Shown: positions 19,554 through 26,781, numbered from the stretch's first letter. The stretch is DNA of 34,600 nt from a virus (IMGVR_UViG_3300027128_000012:1-34600), one strand, 5' to 3'. Program-made: numbers and translations. The notes: generated by a model from the sequence alone, not told the origin.

Positions 19554-19629
19554 TGGTCGGTCTGGCGAGACTCAAACTCACAACCCCTCGCTCCCAAAGC
19601 GAGTGCTCTATCTATTGAGCTACAAACCG
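19554..19629 (-). tRNA. tRNA-Pro(TGG), slightly degenerate
   Basis: CGGTTTG/CAGACCG acceptor, CTCGC-TT TGG GA-GCGAG, CCA; D loop lacks GG and T loop is TTTGAGT. Confidence 0.85.
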
Positions 19630-19684
19630 ATTAGATCAAGCTTGTAATTACAAACCCGGTCTTGGCAAAAGATCAACCATTACG

Positions 19685-19960
19685 TCAATGTGCTTCTTCA
19701 TCATCTTCCCCATAGTCTTTAACATAACCGTATTTACCAATCAATTTGTATGCAACTCGCATCATTTCAATGCAATATTGTTCATGCAATTCAACGGGTT
19801 CATACTTGTTTGCATATAACGTTGCAAATACCTTATCTATAACACTAGGTAAGGCATTATTATATATGGTGCAAACAGGATCGTCTATATCTTTCAATGT
19901 AGGATATGCGATTTTCAGCATATGATTAGCACATACTTTTGTTTCATTCCAACGTGACAT
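19685..19960 (-). CDS. Hypothetical protein
   Basis: MSRWNETK... after AGGTG; the longer start overlaps the tRNA-like element. Confidence 0.65.
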   Translation of the reverse strand: MSRWNETKVCANHMLKIAYPTLKDIDDPVCTIYNNALPSVIDKVFATLYANKYEPVELHEQYCIEMMRVAYKLIGKYGYVKDYGEDDEEAH

Positions 19961-19977
19961 ATTTTCACCTTTTACTT

Positions 19978-20050
19978 TGGCCCCTAAGAGATGCATCGAA
20001 CATCTATACGTTTGCGCAAACGTGTTTTAAGCCAGTTAAACTACTTAGGG
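19978..20050 (-). ncRNA. tRNA-like RNA with shortened palindromic anticodon arm
   Basis: CCCTAAG/CTTAGGG-G-CCA, D arm, T arm AGATG-TTCGATG-CATCT, but only 18 nt between D and T arms. Confidence 0.8.
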
Positions 20051-20057
20051 GTTCAAC

Positions 20058-20192
20058 TGAATGGATTTTTTATCGTTGCTCTACCAATTGAGCTACACCC
20101 CCAATAAAGCTAAACTTCAATTGGCGGGGGTGGATAGGACTCGAACCTACAACACACGGCTTTGGATGCTTTAAAATTGCTGTTACCATTCA
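20058..20192 (-). ncRNA. ACAGCAA-scaffold element 1: circularly permuted tRNA-Trp(CCA)-like
   Basis: TGAATGG-TAACAGCAA ... AT CCA AA GCCGT..T arm..CACCCCC G CCA, 19-nt spacer, GGGGGTG TA GCTC..GAGC A ACG ... CCATTCA. Confidence 0.85.
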
Positions 20193-20196
20193 AACC

Positions 20197-20805
20197 TTAC
20201 TGTGTTGACAAACGCAACACAGTTTTATACAAACCCGGATTGATCTTCAATGCCTCTGGTACGATAACATTGCGACAAAATGACCTTTGATTAGAAGAAT
20301 CATGGTTTGTCGGGTCTTCAATCCAAATCAATTCATGTTTCTTTGCATATGCATAAACTTCACCCTTTGTCAAATGAAGAAAAGGACGACGCAAATTGTT
20401 ACGATGTGATGAAATAAATCTTACATTCCCCTTAATAGAGGACATAAGATATTCTTCGACCTGATCATCTAACGTATGTGCAAGGTAAACATCACAAGCA
20501 TACGCACGATAAATCTTTTGGCGAAAATTGCGCCAGTTATGTTCTACATTACTTTCATACGCAACATCAATATGATGTACGTCGATTTCAATGCCATACT
20601 CTTTAGCAATATCACGAACCAATTGCTCACAATCATCGTCATACGGATTTCCCGGATTATGATTAATGTGAACTACCCGAACGTTATTATAACCAACCAT
20701 AAAATGTAACAAAGCAACAGAATCTACGCCACCAGAACAAGCAACCACACAAGTTTGGTCGGTAAAAGGTTTAATCACTTTGGTACGAATGTTAGCCATT
20801 ATCAC
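20197..20805 (-). CDS. tilS: tRNA(Ile)-lysidine synthetase, catalytic domain only
   Basis: ACSGGVDS PP-loop, VHINH, AHTLDDQVE, RPFL, WIEDPTN; lacks the C-terminal domains of enterobacterial TilS. Confidence 0.9.
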   Translation of the reverse strand: MIMANIRTKVIKPFTDQTCVVACSGGVDSVALLHFMVGYNNVRVVHINHNPGNPYDDDCEQLVRDIAKEYGIEIDVHHIDVAYESNVEHNWRNFRQKIYRAYACDVYLAHTLDDQVEEYLMSSIKGNVRFISSHRNNLRRPFLHLTKGEVYAYAKKHELIWIEDPTNHDSSNQRSFCRNVIVPEALKINPGLYKTVLRLSTQ

Positions 20806-20823
20806 ACCTAAAATAAAAAATTA

Positions 20824-20903
20824 CTGTAGTTAAGTACCTTTATCCAGAGTTAACGTGTGTCTCTGGTTAAGAGTCCCCTCACTAAAGATACATTTAACAA
20901 CAG
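20824..20903 (-). ncRNA. Candidate three-way-junction RNA between tRNA(CAT) and tilS
   Basis: Outer stem CTGTTGTTAAATGTATCTTTA / TAAAGGTACTTAACTACAG enclosing GAG-GGGA-CTC and CCAGAG-11 nt-CTCTGG. Confidence 0.5.
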
Positions 20904-20908
20904 CCTTT

Positions 20909-20985
20909 TGGTGCTTCCGACTGGACTTGAACCAGTGACCTACCGATTATGAGTCGGTTGCTCTAACCACCTGAGCTAAGGAAGC
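20909..20985 (-). tRNA. tRNA(CAT), likely Ile2
   Basis: GCTTCCT..ACCGA CT CAT AA TCGGT..ACCA; body resembles enterobacterial Ile2 and lies directly upstream of tilS. Confidence 0.9.
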
Positions 20986-21005
20986 ATCGTTGTCTTGATG
21001 TGGTC

Positions 21006-21034
21006 ATTATACCGCTTTACAACAACCACGTCAA
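21006..21034 (-). promoter_or_regulatory. sigma70 promoter for tRNA(CAT)-tilS unit
   Basis: TTGACG-17 nt-TATAAT. Confidence 0.8.
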
Positions 21035-21042
21035 GAACTTTT

Positions 21043-21312
21043 TTACTTTACATCATCAGGTGCACAACAATTGAACGCATAGGCAATAGCACCGTTTTCA
21101 TGCTCTTTCAACTTAGCCTTGAACTCTTCCGGAGACATTTCCTTTAAACGTGTTGCAACACGTTCCAATGCATCCTTTTGTATTTGTGTCATCCCAATAT
21201 CATAACGTGTGGGAACATAACCACATTCGATAAAAGTCTGTTCAAGTTCATCATCAGACATGTTATCCAGATTTTCCAGAGCCTCTTCAAGCATAGCCTT
21301 AATGCGTGACAT
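21043..21312 (-). CDS. Hypothetical protein with internal duplication
   Basis: ALENLDNMSDDELEQ / ATRLKEMSPEEFKA. Confidence 0.7.
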   Translation of the reverse strand: MSRIKAMLEEALENLDNMSDDELEQTFIECGYVPTRYDIGMTQIQKDALERVATRLKEMSPEEFKAKLKEHENGAIAYAFNCCAPDDVK

Positions 21313-21313
21313 A

Positions 21314-21910
21314 TCAAACTTCCTCTAAGCCGTATGGTACAAGAATATTTTCCAATTCTACCACCTTACGCTCACCATTGTCAAACATCACTTCAATTAC
21401 ATTTGATGGCATATTGTAATCATAACGATAGCGATTACATACCTTCACATACTCTTGTGATGGTTTATACCATACGGTGTCAACACAGATAGAACTTGCA
21501 TAAAAAGCTTCAAAACCATGTTCATCCCATTCACCATCCAAGTCCACTTGGCTTATAATAGAAAAATCTTCATGTGGTGAACGCAATGACATAAAAAAGT
21601 CATATGTGTTTTTTGCCATTTCCATTGATATGAAATCAAACTCTTCTGCATACTTTCTTCCACGTTGAAATGAAACCCCAATAAGAGTACCATCCAAAAA
21701 GTACACTGCGAGGCCAACCATAGTATCAGTACACAGCCAAGGTGTTACCCAATATGCGGTAATATGTTCCTTTATTTTATCATAATAATCATAATGATTA
21801 AAATTAATATTCAATGCTGTTGTAATAGCATCAATATCAATAGATTTTTCATTACGACTTGTTTTCTTGACATTTTGTGCCAGTTCAATGAGTTTCATCA
21901 TTCGTCCCAA
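21314..21910 (-). CDS. Hypothetical phage protein
   Basis: WLCTDTMVGLAVYFLDG motif; operon context. Confidence 0.75.
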   Translation of the reverse strand: MGRMMKLIELAQNVKKTSRNEKSIDIDAITTALNINFNHYDYYDKIKEHITAYWVTPWLCTDTMVGLAVYFLDGTLIGVSFQRGRKYAEEFDFISMEMAKNTYDFFMSLRSPHEDFSIISQVDLDGEWDEHGFEAFYASSICVDTVWYKPSQEYVKVCNRYRYDYNMPSNVIEVMFDNGERKVVELENILVPYGLEEV

Positions 21911-22296
21911 AAAATTTGTTTGAAATTAAGACTTTTTTCATAATTGTCCTTGGTGTTACAGGACATCATAATGTCATAAATTTCTTCATCAGTTCGCTTC
22001 AAAGAAATGCGAATTGGAACCTGCGACCACTTGTTGAAACACTTCTTAAAATCAACAGCCAAAAAGCCCAAACAGTTAATATAATTGTAATCGCTAGTTC
22101 CAGTCAAAGCACATAAACCCTTATGGTTTTCAATCCACAATAAAACTACAGGATGGTCAATACCTTCTACCTTTTGGATTTCAGTGGTTAATTCACATTT
22201 GCATTTCTTTTTAATTAGAAAATTATATAGTGATTCAACACGCAAGTTATCTTCGGCAAGTTTATGTAGAATCTGGGTTTTACTCAGTTTAGACAT
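21898..22296 (-). CDS. Hypothetical protein
   Basis: 132-aa ORF overlapping its neighbours. Confidence 0.7.
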   Translation of the reverse strand: MSKLSKTQILHKLAEDNLRVESLYNFLIKKKCKCELTTEIQKVEGIDHPVVLLWIENHKGLCALTGTSDYNYINCLGFLAVDFKKCFNKWSQVPIRISLKRTDEEIYDIMMSCNTKDNYEKSLNFKQIFWDE

Positions 22297-22789
22297 TTTT
22301 ATTCTCTAACAGGTTTTTCAAGTGATCAATTGGCTTTAAGTCTTGTATAGCCAAATTGTAACAATCCGCCCTCACAACAAAGTTATTAGACGGGTCTATT
22401 TGCCCTTTTTGCATAAACTTCGCTTTTTTAAAGTATGCCTCTTTTGGCATCCATCCCAAAATCCAACAAGTATCCTGACATATGCGGGTAAAGACGTAAG
22501 CATTACACTTTTGTTTCGTATTATATGCCGCTATCGAACACTCATAATGAGGCTTTGGTGGTGATGTACACTCTTTGGTCTTAACGTCAAGTTTAGCACC
22601 ATGCATCATTATATCATAGTCATATGTATTTTCAACACATGCATTAAGATAATTTGCAACAATTTGTTCCCCCATGAACCCAACAAGATTGCCTTCGCCT
22701 TGACGAATAGAGTTGTTCAACCTACCCATTTCATCAGCTTTCTCTTGTGCCCTTTCACGTATATCTTGTGTTATTTTAATTTCTATCAT
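22289..22789 (-). CDS. PD-(D/E)xK nuclease-like phage protein
   Basis: GFMGEQIV, YDYDI, LDVKTK. Confidence 0.65.
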   Translation of the reverse strand: MIEIKITQDIRERAQEKADEMGRLNNSIRQGEGNLVGFMGEQIVANYLNACVENTYDYDIMMHGAKLDVKTKECTSPPKPHYECSIAAYNTKQKCNAYVFTRICQDTCWILGWMPKEAYFKKAKFMQKGQIDPSNNFVVRADCYNLAIQDLKPIDHLKNLLENKNV

Positions 22790-23103
22790 TATTTGCCATT
22801 CAACATCACAATACTTTCATTTATGCGGGTTATCTTTTCAAACAATAAGTTCTTACGGGTAGACACATACCATTCAACTTCTTCTTTTGAGGCGGGCGCA
22901 AAATTATAAGAGAATGTATCAATTATTATGTTAGTAAAATGTATTTTATCCTCACCATCAGTAATCAATGGATCGTATACATTCATTCTAACATTATTGA
23001 AAACGCATGACACAATATACAACTTATTAATTTGTAATGCCTTGTTACCAAAGGTGTCTACGCACCTTACAAGTTGTTCTTCTTGGAACACTGTGGAGTT
23101 CAT
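22789..23103 (-). CDS. Hypothetical protein
   Basis: 104-aa ORF, stop/start overlap. Confidence 0.65.
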   Translation of the reverse strand: MNSTVFQEEQLVRCVDTFGNKALQINKLYIVSCVFNNVRMNVYDPLITDGEDKIHFTNIIIDTFSYNFAPASKEEVEWYVSTRKNLLFEKITRINESIVMLNGK

Positions 23104-23104
23104 A

Positions 23105-23443
23105 TCAAATTTTATCTCGGATTTCTTTTAATACTTCAACCAATTTCTCATCCGCAAAACATTCCCTCATAGATTTCATTTCTTCACCACCAGAATAAAA
23201 TGCAATCATCTTGTCAATTTCAACTAGAAGAGGATTATCAACAACCTTGGCGGATTCTAGACATGTAATCATGGTAGTAACATAATCATATATTGAATCT
23301 GTATCAGCACGACTTTGCAAACTAATAAGACTATGTAAAGCACGTTTCACAAAAATATCATGAAAAACTTGACTACCATTGTCAGAAATCCAACAAAGAT
23401 CAGACTCCGGAATATCAATTTCAATAACAATATGTTTTTTCAT
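23105..23443 (-). CDS. Hypothetical protein
   Basis: Likely start MKKHIVIEI after AAGGTG. Confidence 0.65.
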   Translation of the reverse strand: MKKHIVIEIDIPESDLCWISDNGSQVFHDIFVKRALHSLISLQSRADTDSIYDYVTTMITCLESAKVVDNPLLVEIDKMIAFYSGGEEMKSMRECFADEKLVEVLKEIRDKI

Positions 23444-23444
23444 A

Positions 23445-23642
23445 TCAAGACACCTTAGCGTGTGAGGACAAAGCCTTTTCAGCCATTTTAGCACATGAGA
23501 ATCCACGACTATGACCAAGACCATAACCGAACTCAACAATGCTCTTTAAAGCCTGTTCCAGTTCGGTTATGCGTTTTGATTCGGGTGTAATATTACGCCA
23601 TTTAGATACTGCTTCTACAAACAGTTTATCATCATTGGTCAT
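23445..23642 (-). CDS. Small hypothetical protein
   Basis: 65-aa ORF after promoter 23710-23738. Confidence 0.6.
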   Translation of the reverse strand: MTNDDKLFVEAVSKWRNITPESKRITELEQALKSIVEFGYGLGHSRGFSCAKMAEKALSSHAKVS

Positions 23643-23709
23643 TTTTGATTCTCATGCAAATTTGTTAACTTGAACGAGATATACACATGGTAATCTCTAC
23701 TATGCGTAC

Positions 23710-23738
23710 AGTTTACCATGTTAGGGAGAAGGTGTCAA
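23710..23738 (-). promoter_or_regulatory. sigma70 promoter
   Basis: TTGACA-17 nt-TAAACT with TG. Confidence 0.75.
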
Positions 23739-23742
23739 GGAT

Positions 23743-23889
23743 TTAGCGGGGATATCCTATAGGATGTGATTCAGCCAAGTCACCCATAATATCAGCAGAA
23801 CTTGGATTTTCTTCTTTATTGTCTTCTGGAATTACAAAAACAGTTTCGCCATTCTTTGTTCTTTCCAAATATTCAGATGCAGTGATCAT
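23743..23889 (-). CDS. Small 48-aa hypothetical protein (not in ORF track)
   Basis: GAGGT SD; MITASEYLERTKNGETVFVIPEDNKEENPSSADIMGDLAESHPIGYPR*. Confidence 0.55.
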   Translation of the reverse strand: MITASEYLERTKNGETVFVIPEDNKEENPSSADIMGDLAESHPIGYPR

Positions 23890-23901
23890 TACTTTTACCT
23901 C

Positions 23902-23977
23902 TGGTGCCGCCAGTGGGACTCGAACTCACAACCTACGGATTACGAAACCGTTGCTCTACCACTTGAGCTATAGCGGC
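23902..23977 (-). tRNA. tRNA-Thr(CGT)
   Basis: GCCGCTA/TGGCGGC-ACCA; ACGGT TT CGT AA TCCGT. Confidence 0.93.
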
Positions 23978-23991
23978 ATATGCGTAATTTC

Positions 23992-24324
23992 TTACGCTAA
24001 TGAATCAAGGATTTCTCCCAATTCCGTTTTACAATCAGTATATGCATAATAGTCCTCTGCATACAGTTTTTTCAATTGTTCGACAGAAGCGGACTCCATA
24101 TCAAATTGACCTTCCAAACCATAGCACGAACAATGTGATGCATATACTGTGAATAACTCACCAGATTCAGTATGCTTTAGAAGCACGAAAGACCAGCCCT
24201 CGTAATACCCTATTGCATATGATGCTAGTAATATTTCATAACCATTCAATCTATCCGCAGTGATATTAAACTCTCGCAAAACATCATCTAGCGAATTAAA
24301 ATCGTGTAAAAATATAGTATTCAT
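23992..24324 (-). CDS. Hypothetical phage protein
   Basis: YYEGWSFVL...ASHCSCYGLEGQF; start MNTIFLH after GAGG. Confidence 0.75.
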   Translation of the reverse strand: MNTIFLHDFNSLDDVLREFNITADRLNGYEILLASYAIGYYEGWSFVLLKHTESGELFTVYASHCSCYGLEGQFDMESASVEQLKKLYAEDYYAYTDCKTELGEILDSLA

Positions 24325-24375
24325 GTTAATTTCCTCTGTGGTTGATAAATCAAACACTTACACATTGGAAATCGG

Positions 24376-24474
24376 TGCTACCTGCCTGACTCGAACAGGC
24401 CACCTGCGGGTTATCATTACTGAAACCTTGTCTCAGAAACTAAGCCGCTGCTCTACCAGATGAGCTAAGGTAGC
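24376..24474 (-). tRNA. tRNA with 26-nt insertion in anticodon loop (intron-like or pseudo-tRNA); identity Thr(AGT) or Ile(GAT) unresolved
   Basis: Perfect GCTACCT/AGGTAGC acceptor, D and T arms; 33 nt between anticodon stem strands; ends ACCG. Confidence 0.8.
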
Positions 24475-24584
24475 ATTTCTAGAGTTATCGTACCTAGATC
24501 GGACATCACCCACGGGATATTAAGAGTATGACTCTCTTCTTATCATGCATATCCTGCACTATGCGGTATGATGGCCGCAAGTAT

Positions 24585-24902
24585 TCAATCTTTATATAGT
24601 ACAATAAAATCATCAGTCATGCAACAATACGATGATTTCATTAATGGTTCTTTTGTAACAAAATCCACAAATGTTTCTGTATTATATGGATTATAATAAG
24701 CCTTTTTCAAGAAACCTGCAATTGGCTGGTTTTCTATTATATATCCTTTAACATACGCATGCACATTTTTAGTCTTTGTTAATAATACCTTTTCACGACC
24801 TTTTGCGTTAACAACATATGAAACATTTCTTAAAAACAAAGGTTCATAAGAATGTGCTACCACCAAACCATTTTGGCGTATCGACCAACATTTCTTAGTC
24901 AA
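24585..24902 (-). CDS. Conserved hypothetical phage protein
   Basis: WSIRQ, KNVHAYVKG, YNPY; frame stays open upstream through PVQVYRNL, so the true start is uncertain. Confidence 0.7.
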   Translation of the reverse strand: MTKKCWSIRQNGLVVAHSYEPLFLRNVSYVVNAKGREKVLLTKTKNVHAYVKGYIIENQPIAGFLKKAYYNPYNTETFVDFVTKEPLMKSSYCCMTDDFIVLYKD

Positions 24903-24933
24903 ATTACGATAAACTTGTACTGGTTTAGTTTTA

Positions 24934-25176
24934 TCAAAAGGATAACGTATTCGAATTTTTAATACCTTCTTTGATTTTAGTCATAATGGCATCACCAAAT
25001 ATTTCCATTATATTGATGCCATCAATTTTTGCATCTTGTGCAAGTTCAACATTGAAAGCACCATTAATTACAAAATTTATTACTGGTGTAAATGTTTCGT
25101 TATCAATACTTTTATATAAGTTTACATGAATATTTTCGTTTAGATAATTTTCTAATTTTTGTTTTATATCACTCAT
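24934..25176 (-). CDS. Small hypothetical protein (paralog of next gene)
   Basis: MSDIKQKLENYLNENI...IDNETFTP. Confidence 0.7.
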   Translation of the reverse strand: MSDIKQKLENYLNENIHVNLYKSIDNETFTPVINFVINGAFNVELAQDAKIDGINIMEIFGDAIMTKIKEGIKNSNTLSF

Positions 25177-25191
25177 TTACTATTATCACTT

Positions 25192-25434
25192 TTAATTATT
25201 TAAAGTAGCATTGGACAATTTATCTAAAATTGTCTTCCCAACAATTTCTTTACCATTTGCGGAAATTACAGTTAAATCTTGTAATATTTCAATATTAAGT
25301 TTACATGATATATCAAAATGCAAAGTTGGTATAAAAATATCATCATCAATCTTTCGTTCAACTTTAACTATTTTTATATTTTCATTCAAATACTCTTCGA
25401 TTTGTGCTGTTAATTGTTGTTTTAAATCGCTCAT
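25192..25434 (-). CDS. Small hypothetical protein (paralog of previous gene)
   Basis: MSDLKQQL...EYLNENI...IDDDIFIP. Confidence 0.7.
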   Translation of the reverse strand: MSDLKQQLTAQIEEYLNENIKIVKVERKIDDDIFIPTLHFDISCKLNIEILQDLTVISANGKEIVGKTILDKLSNATLNN

Positions 25435-25442
25435 TTTTATTC

Positions 25443-25871
25443 TCAATCTTTACCTAGTGTATAATCATGTGGTACAATGTCATCACGATTTGGAAAAGAA
25501 TCTTCTTCAATTCGTGGTTCTGTATTACGAATAAATTCAGACAACTTATAGTAAAGCCATTGTGGGAAATAACCATCTTCATCACGATTATATCCAACTT
25601 CAATTGCGGCCTTTACTAGTTCATAACCATTATAAGCATTCAAATATAATGAGTTTTCAAAATCTTCTGGCAAAATGTATAGCTTTTCATTTTGTTCGGC
25701 TGTCATTTTCGGTGTTGTTTCCCACACAAAAGTAGGATCATTGCACTGAATCATACCCCAATCACCAACCTTCATAATATCACCGTCACGGCGGGCACGA
25801 ATTAGATACCAACCCGGCAATACTTCACCAAAATACAAAGGGTTGACCAAACATTGCTCACACATTAGCAT
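25443..25871 (-). CDS. Hypothetical protein
   Basis: 142-aa ORF beginning MCEQC. Confidence 0.7.
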   Translation of the reverse strand: MLMCEQCLVNPLYFGEVLPGWYLIRARRDGDIMKVGDWGMIQCNDPTFVWETTPKMTAEQNEKLYILPEDFENSLYLNAYNGYELVKAAIEVGYNRDEDGYFPQWLYYKLSEFIRNTEPRIEEDSFPNRDDIVPHDYTLGKD

Positions 25872-25901
25872 TCTCTTTATGTAGGATATGTATATTTTAA
25901 A

Positions 25902-25977
25902 TGGTGAGTCCGGTGGGTTACGATCCCACTACCTACTGGTTAAAAGCCAGTTGCTCTGCCGATTGAGCTACGAACCC
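25902..25977 (-). tRNA. tRNA-Lys(TTT)
   Basis: GGGTTCG..ACTGG CT TTT AA CCAGT..ACCA; atypical T loop ATCGTAA. Confidence 0.9.
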
Positions 25978-26001
25978 ATATGCCGTAAAAACGGCAGCAA
26001 C

Positions 26002-26107
26002 AGGAAAAATTGTTCCCTTTACCAAGTTGGGAACATATCAAAAACGTTGCCGAAGCTAGTTTCCGATTGGAGTCGAACCAATAATATTGATTTGCTGTTA
26101 TTTTCCT
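26002..26107 (-). ncRNA. ACAGCAA-scaffold element 2: permuted tRNA elbow with no anticodon arm
   Basis: AGGAAAA-TAACAGCAA ... ATTGG TTCGACT CCAAT, CGGAAAC/GTTTTTG closed by GC-TTCG-GC, GTTCCC-AACTTGGTAAA-GGGAAC ... TTTTCCT. Confidence 0.8.
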
Positions 26108-26116
26108 AAAATCAAC

Positions 26117-26255
26117 TGGATGGAATTTTCTATACGCTGCTCTACCTGATTGAGCTACACCCCCAATGAAACATTACAACAATCGGTGGGGGCGACAGGA
26201 TTTGAACCTGTAACCAACGGCTTATCATGCTAGAAATGGTTGCTGTGACCATCCA
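26117..26255 (-). ncRNA. ACAGCAA-scaffold element 3: circularly permuted tRNA-Ile(GAT)-like
   Basis: TGGATGG-TCACAGCAA ... AT GAT AA GCCGT..ACAGG TTCAAAT CCTGT CGCCCCC ACCG, spacer, GGGGGTG TA GCTC..GAGC A GCG ... CCATCCA. Confidence 0.85.
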
Positions 26256-26278
26256 AAACCTTAAAAATCTTATAACAC

Positions 26279-26394
26279 TGGATAGAGTTTATCTTGTTCT
26301 ACCGATTAAACTATACGCCTTACGACGCAGCCGGACTCGAACCGACACCTTTGGCTTTTACAGAGCTACGATATTTTTTTGCTGTTACTATCCA
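26279..26394 (-). ncRNA. ACAGCAA-scaffold element 4: permuted tRNA-Tyr(GTA)-like with acceptor stem capped by GNRA loop
   Basis: TGGATAG-TAACAGCAA ... GCT CT GTA AA AGC..GTCGG TTCGAGT CCGGC TGCGTC-GTAA-GGCGTA TA GTTT AATCGGTA GAAC ... CTATCCA. Confidence 0.85.
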
Positions 26395-26431
26395 AAACTA
26401 AGTATTACTACCACAACTTACAAAAGTTGTT

Positions 26432-26506
26432 TGGCACTGCGTAGGGGAATCGAACCCCTGTGATCGAGTAGACAGCCCGACATAATAACCTCTATATGAA
26501 CGCAGT
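26432..26506 (-). tRNA. tRNA-Asp(GTC)
   Basis: ACTGCGT/ACGCAGT-GCCA; TCGGG CT GTC TA CTCGA. Confidence 0.9.
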
Positions 26507-26509
26507 ATA

Positions 26510-26713
26510 TCACTTAACACGTTGCATCACAAGTGGTTTATCACCCAAGTAAAACGTGTCACAACTACCATCTTCATAAACCAGATAAATCCCAGCCCAT
26601 GAAGATTTTACATCTTTGATGATTTTTCCATTATGTCTAATTTTGGAATATTTCATCATATTCAACAAACATTCACCACTTTCCCCACTTATGGGTACAT
26701 TCATATTAGTCAT
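26510..26713 (-). CDS. Small hypothetical protein
   Basis: 67-aa ORF between RNA elements. Confidence 0.55.
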   Translation of the reverse strand: MTNMNVPISGESGECLLNMMKYSKIRHNGKIIKDVKSSWAGIYLVYEDGSCDTFYLGDKPLVMQRVK

Positions 26714-26725
26714 GTTTTTCTCAAC

Positions 26726-26781
26726 AGGTTGTATTTTTTCTTTTTTTGAAAATAAAAAATTAAAATTGCTGTCAACAACCT
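26726..26781 (-). ncRNA. ACAGCAA-scaffold element 5: minimal form, loop triplet TTC (Glu-like)
   Basis: AGGTTGT-TGACAGCAA-TTTTAATTTTTTA TT TTC AA AAAAAG..-ACAACCT. Confidence 0.75.

Noticed and set aside
24934-25434. Resemblance of IDNETFTPVINF to the C-terminal motif of T4-type major capsid proteins
   Set aside because: Too short to support by eye; kept only as a paralogous pair of hypothetical proteins.
25888-26463. Plus-strand ORFs across the tRNA region (also 19374, 23819, 24260)
   Set aside because: They are antisense translations of tRNAs and scaffold elements.
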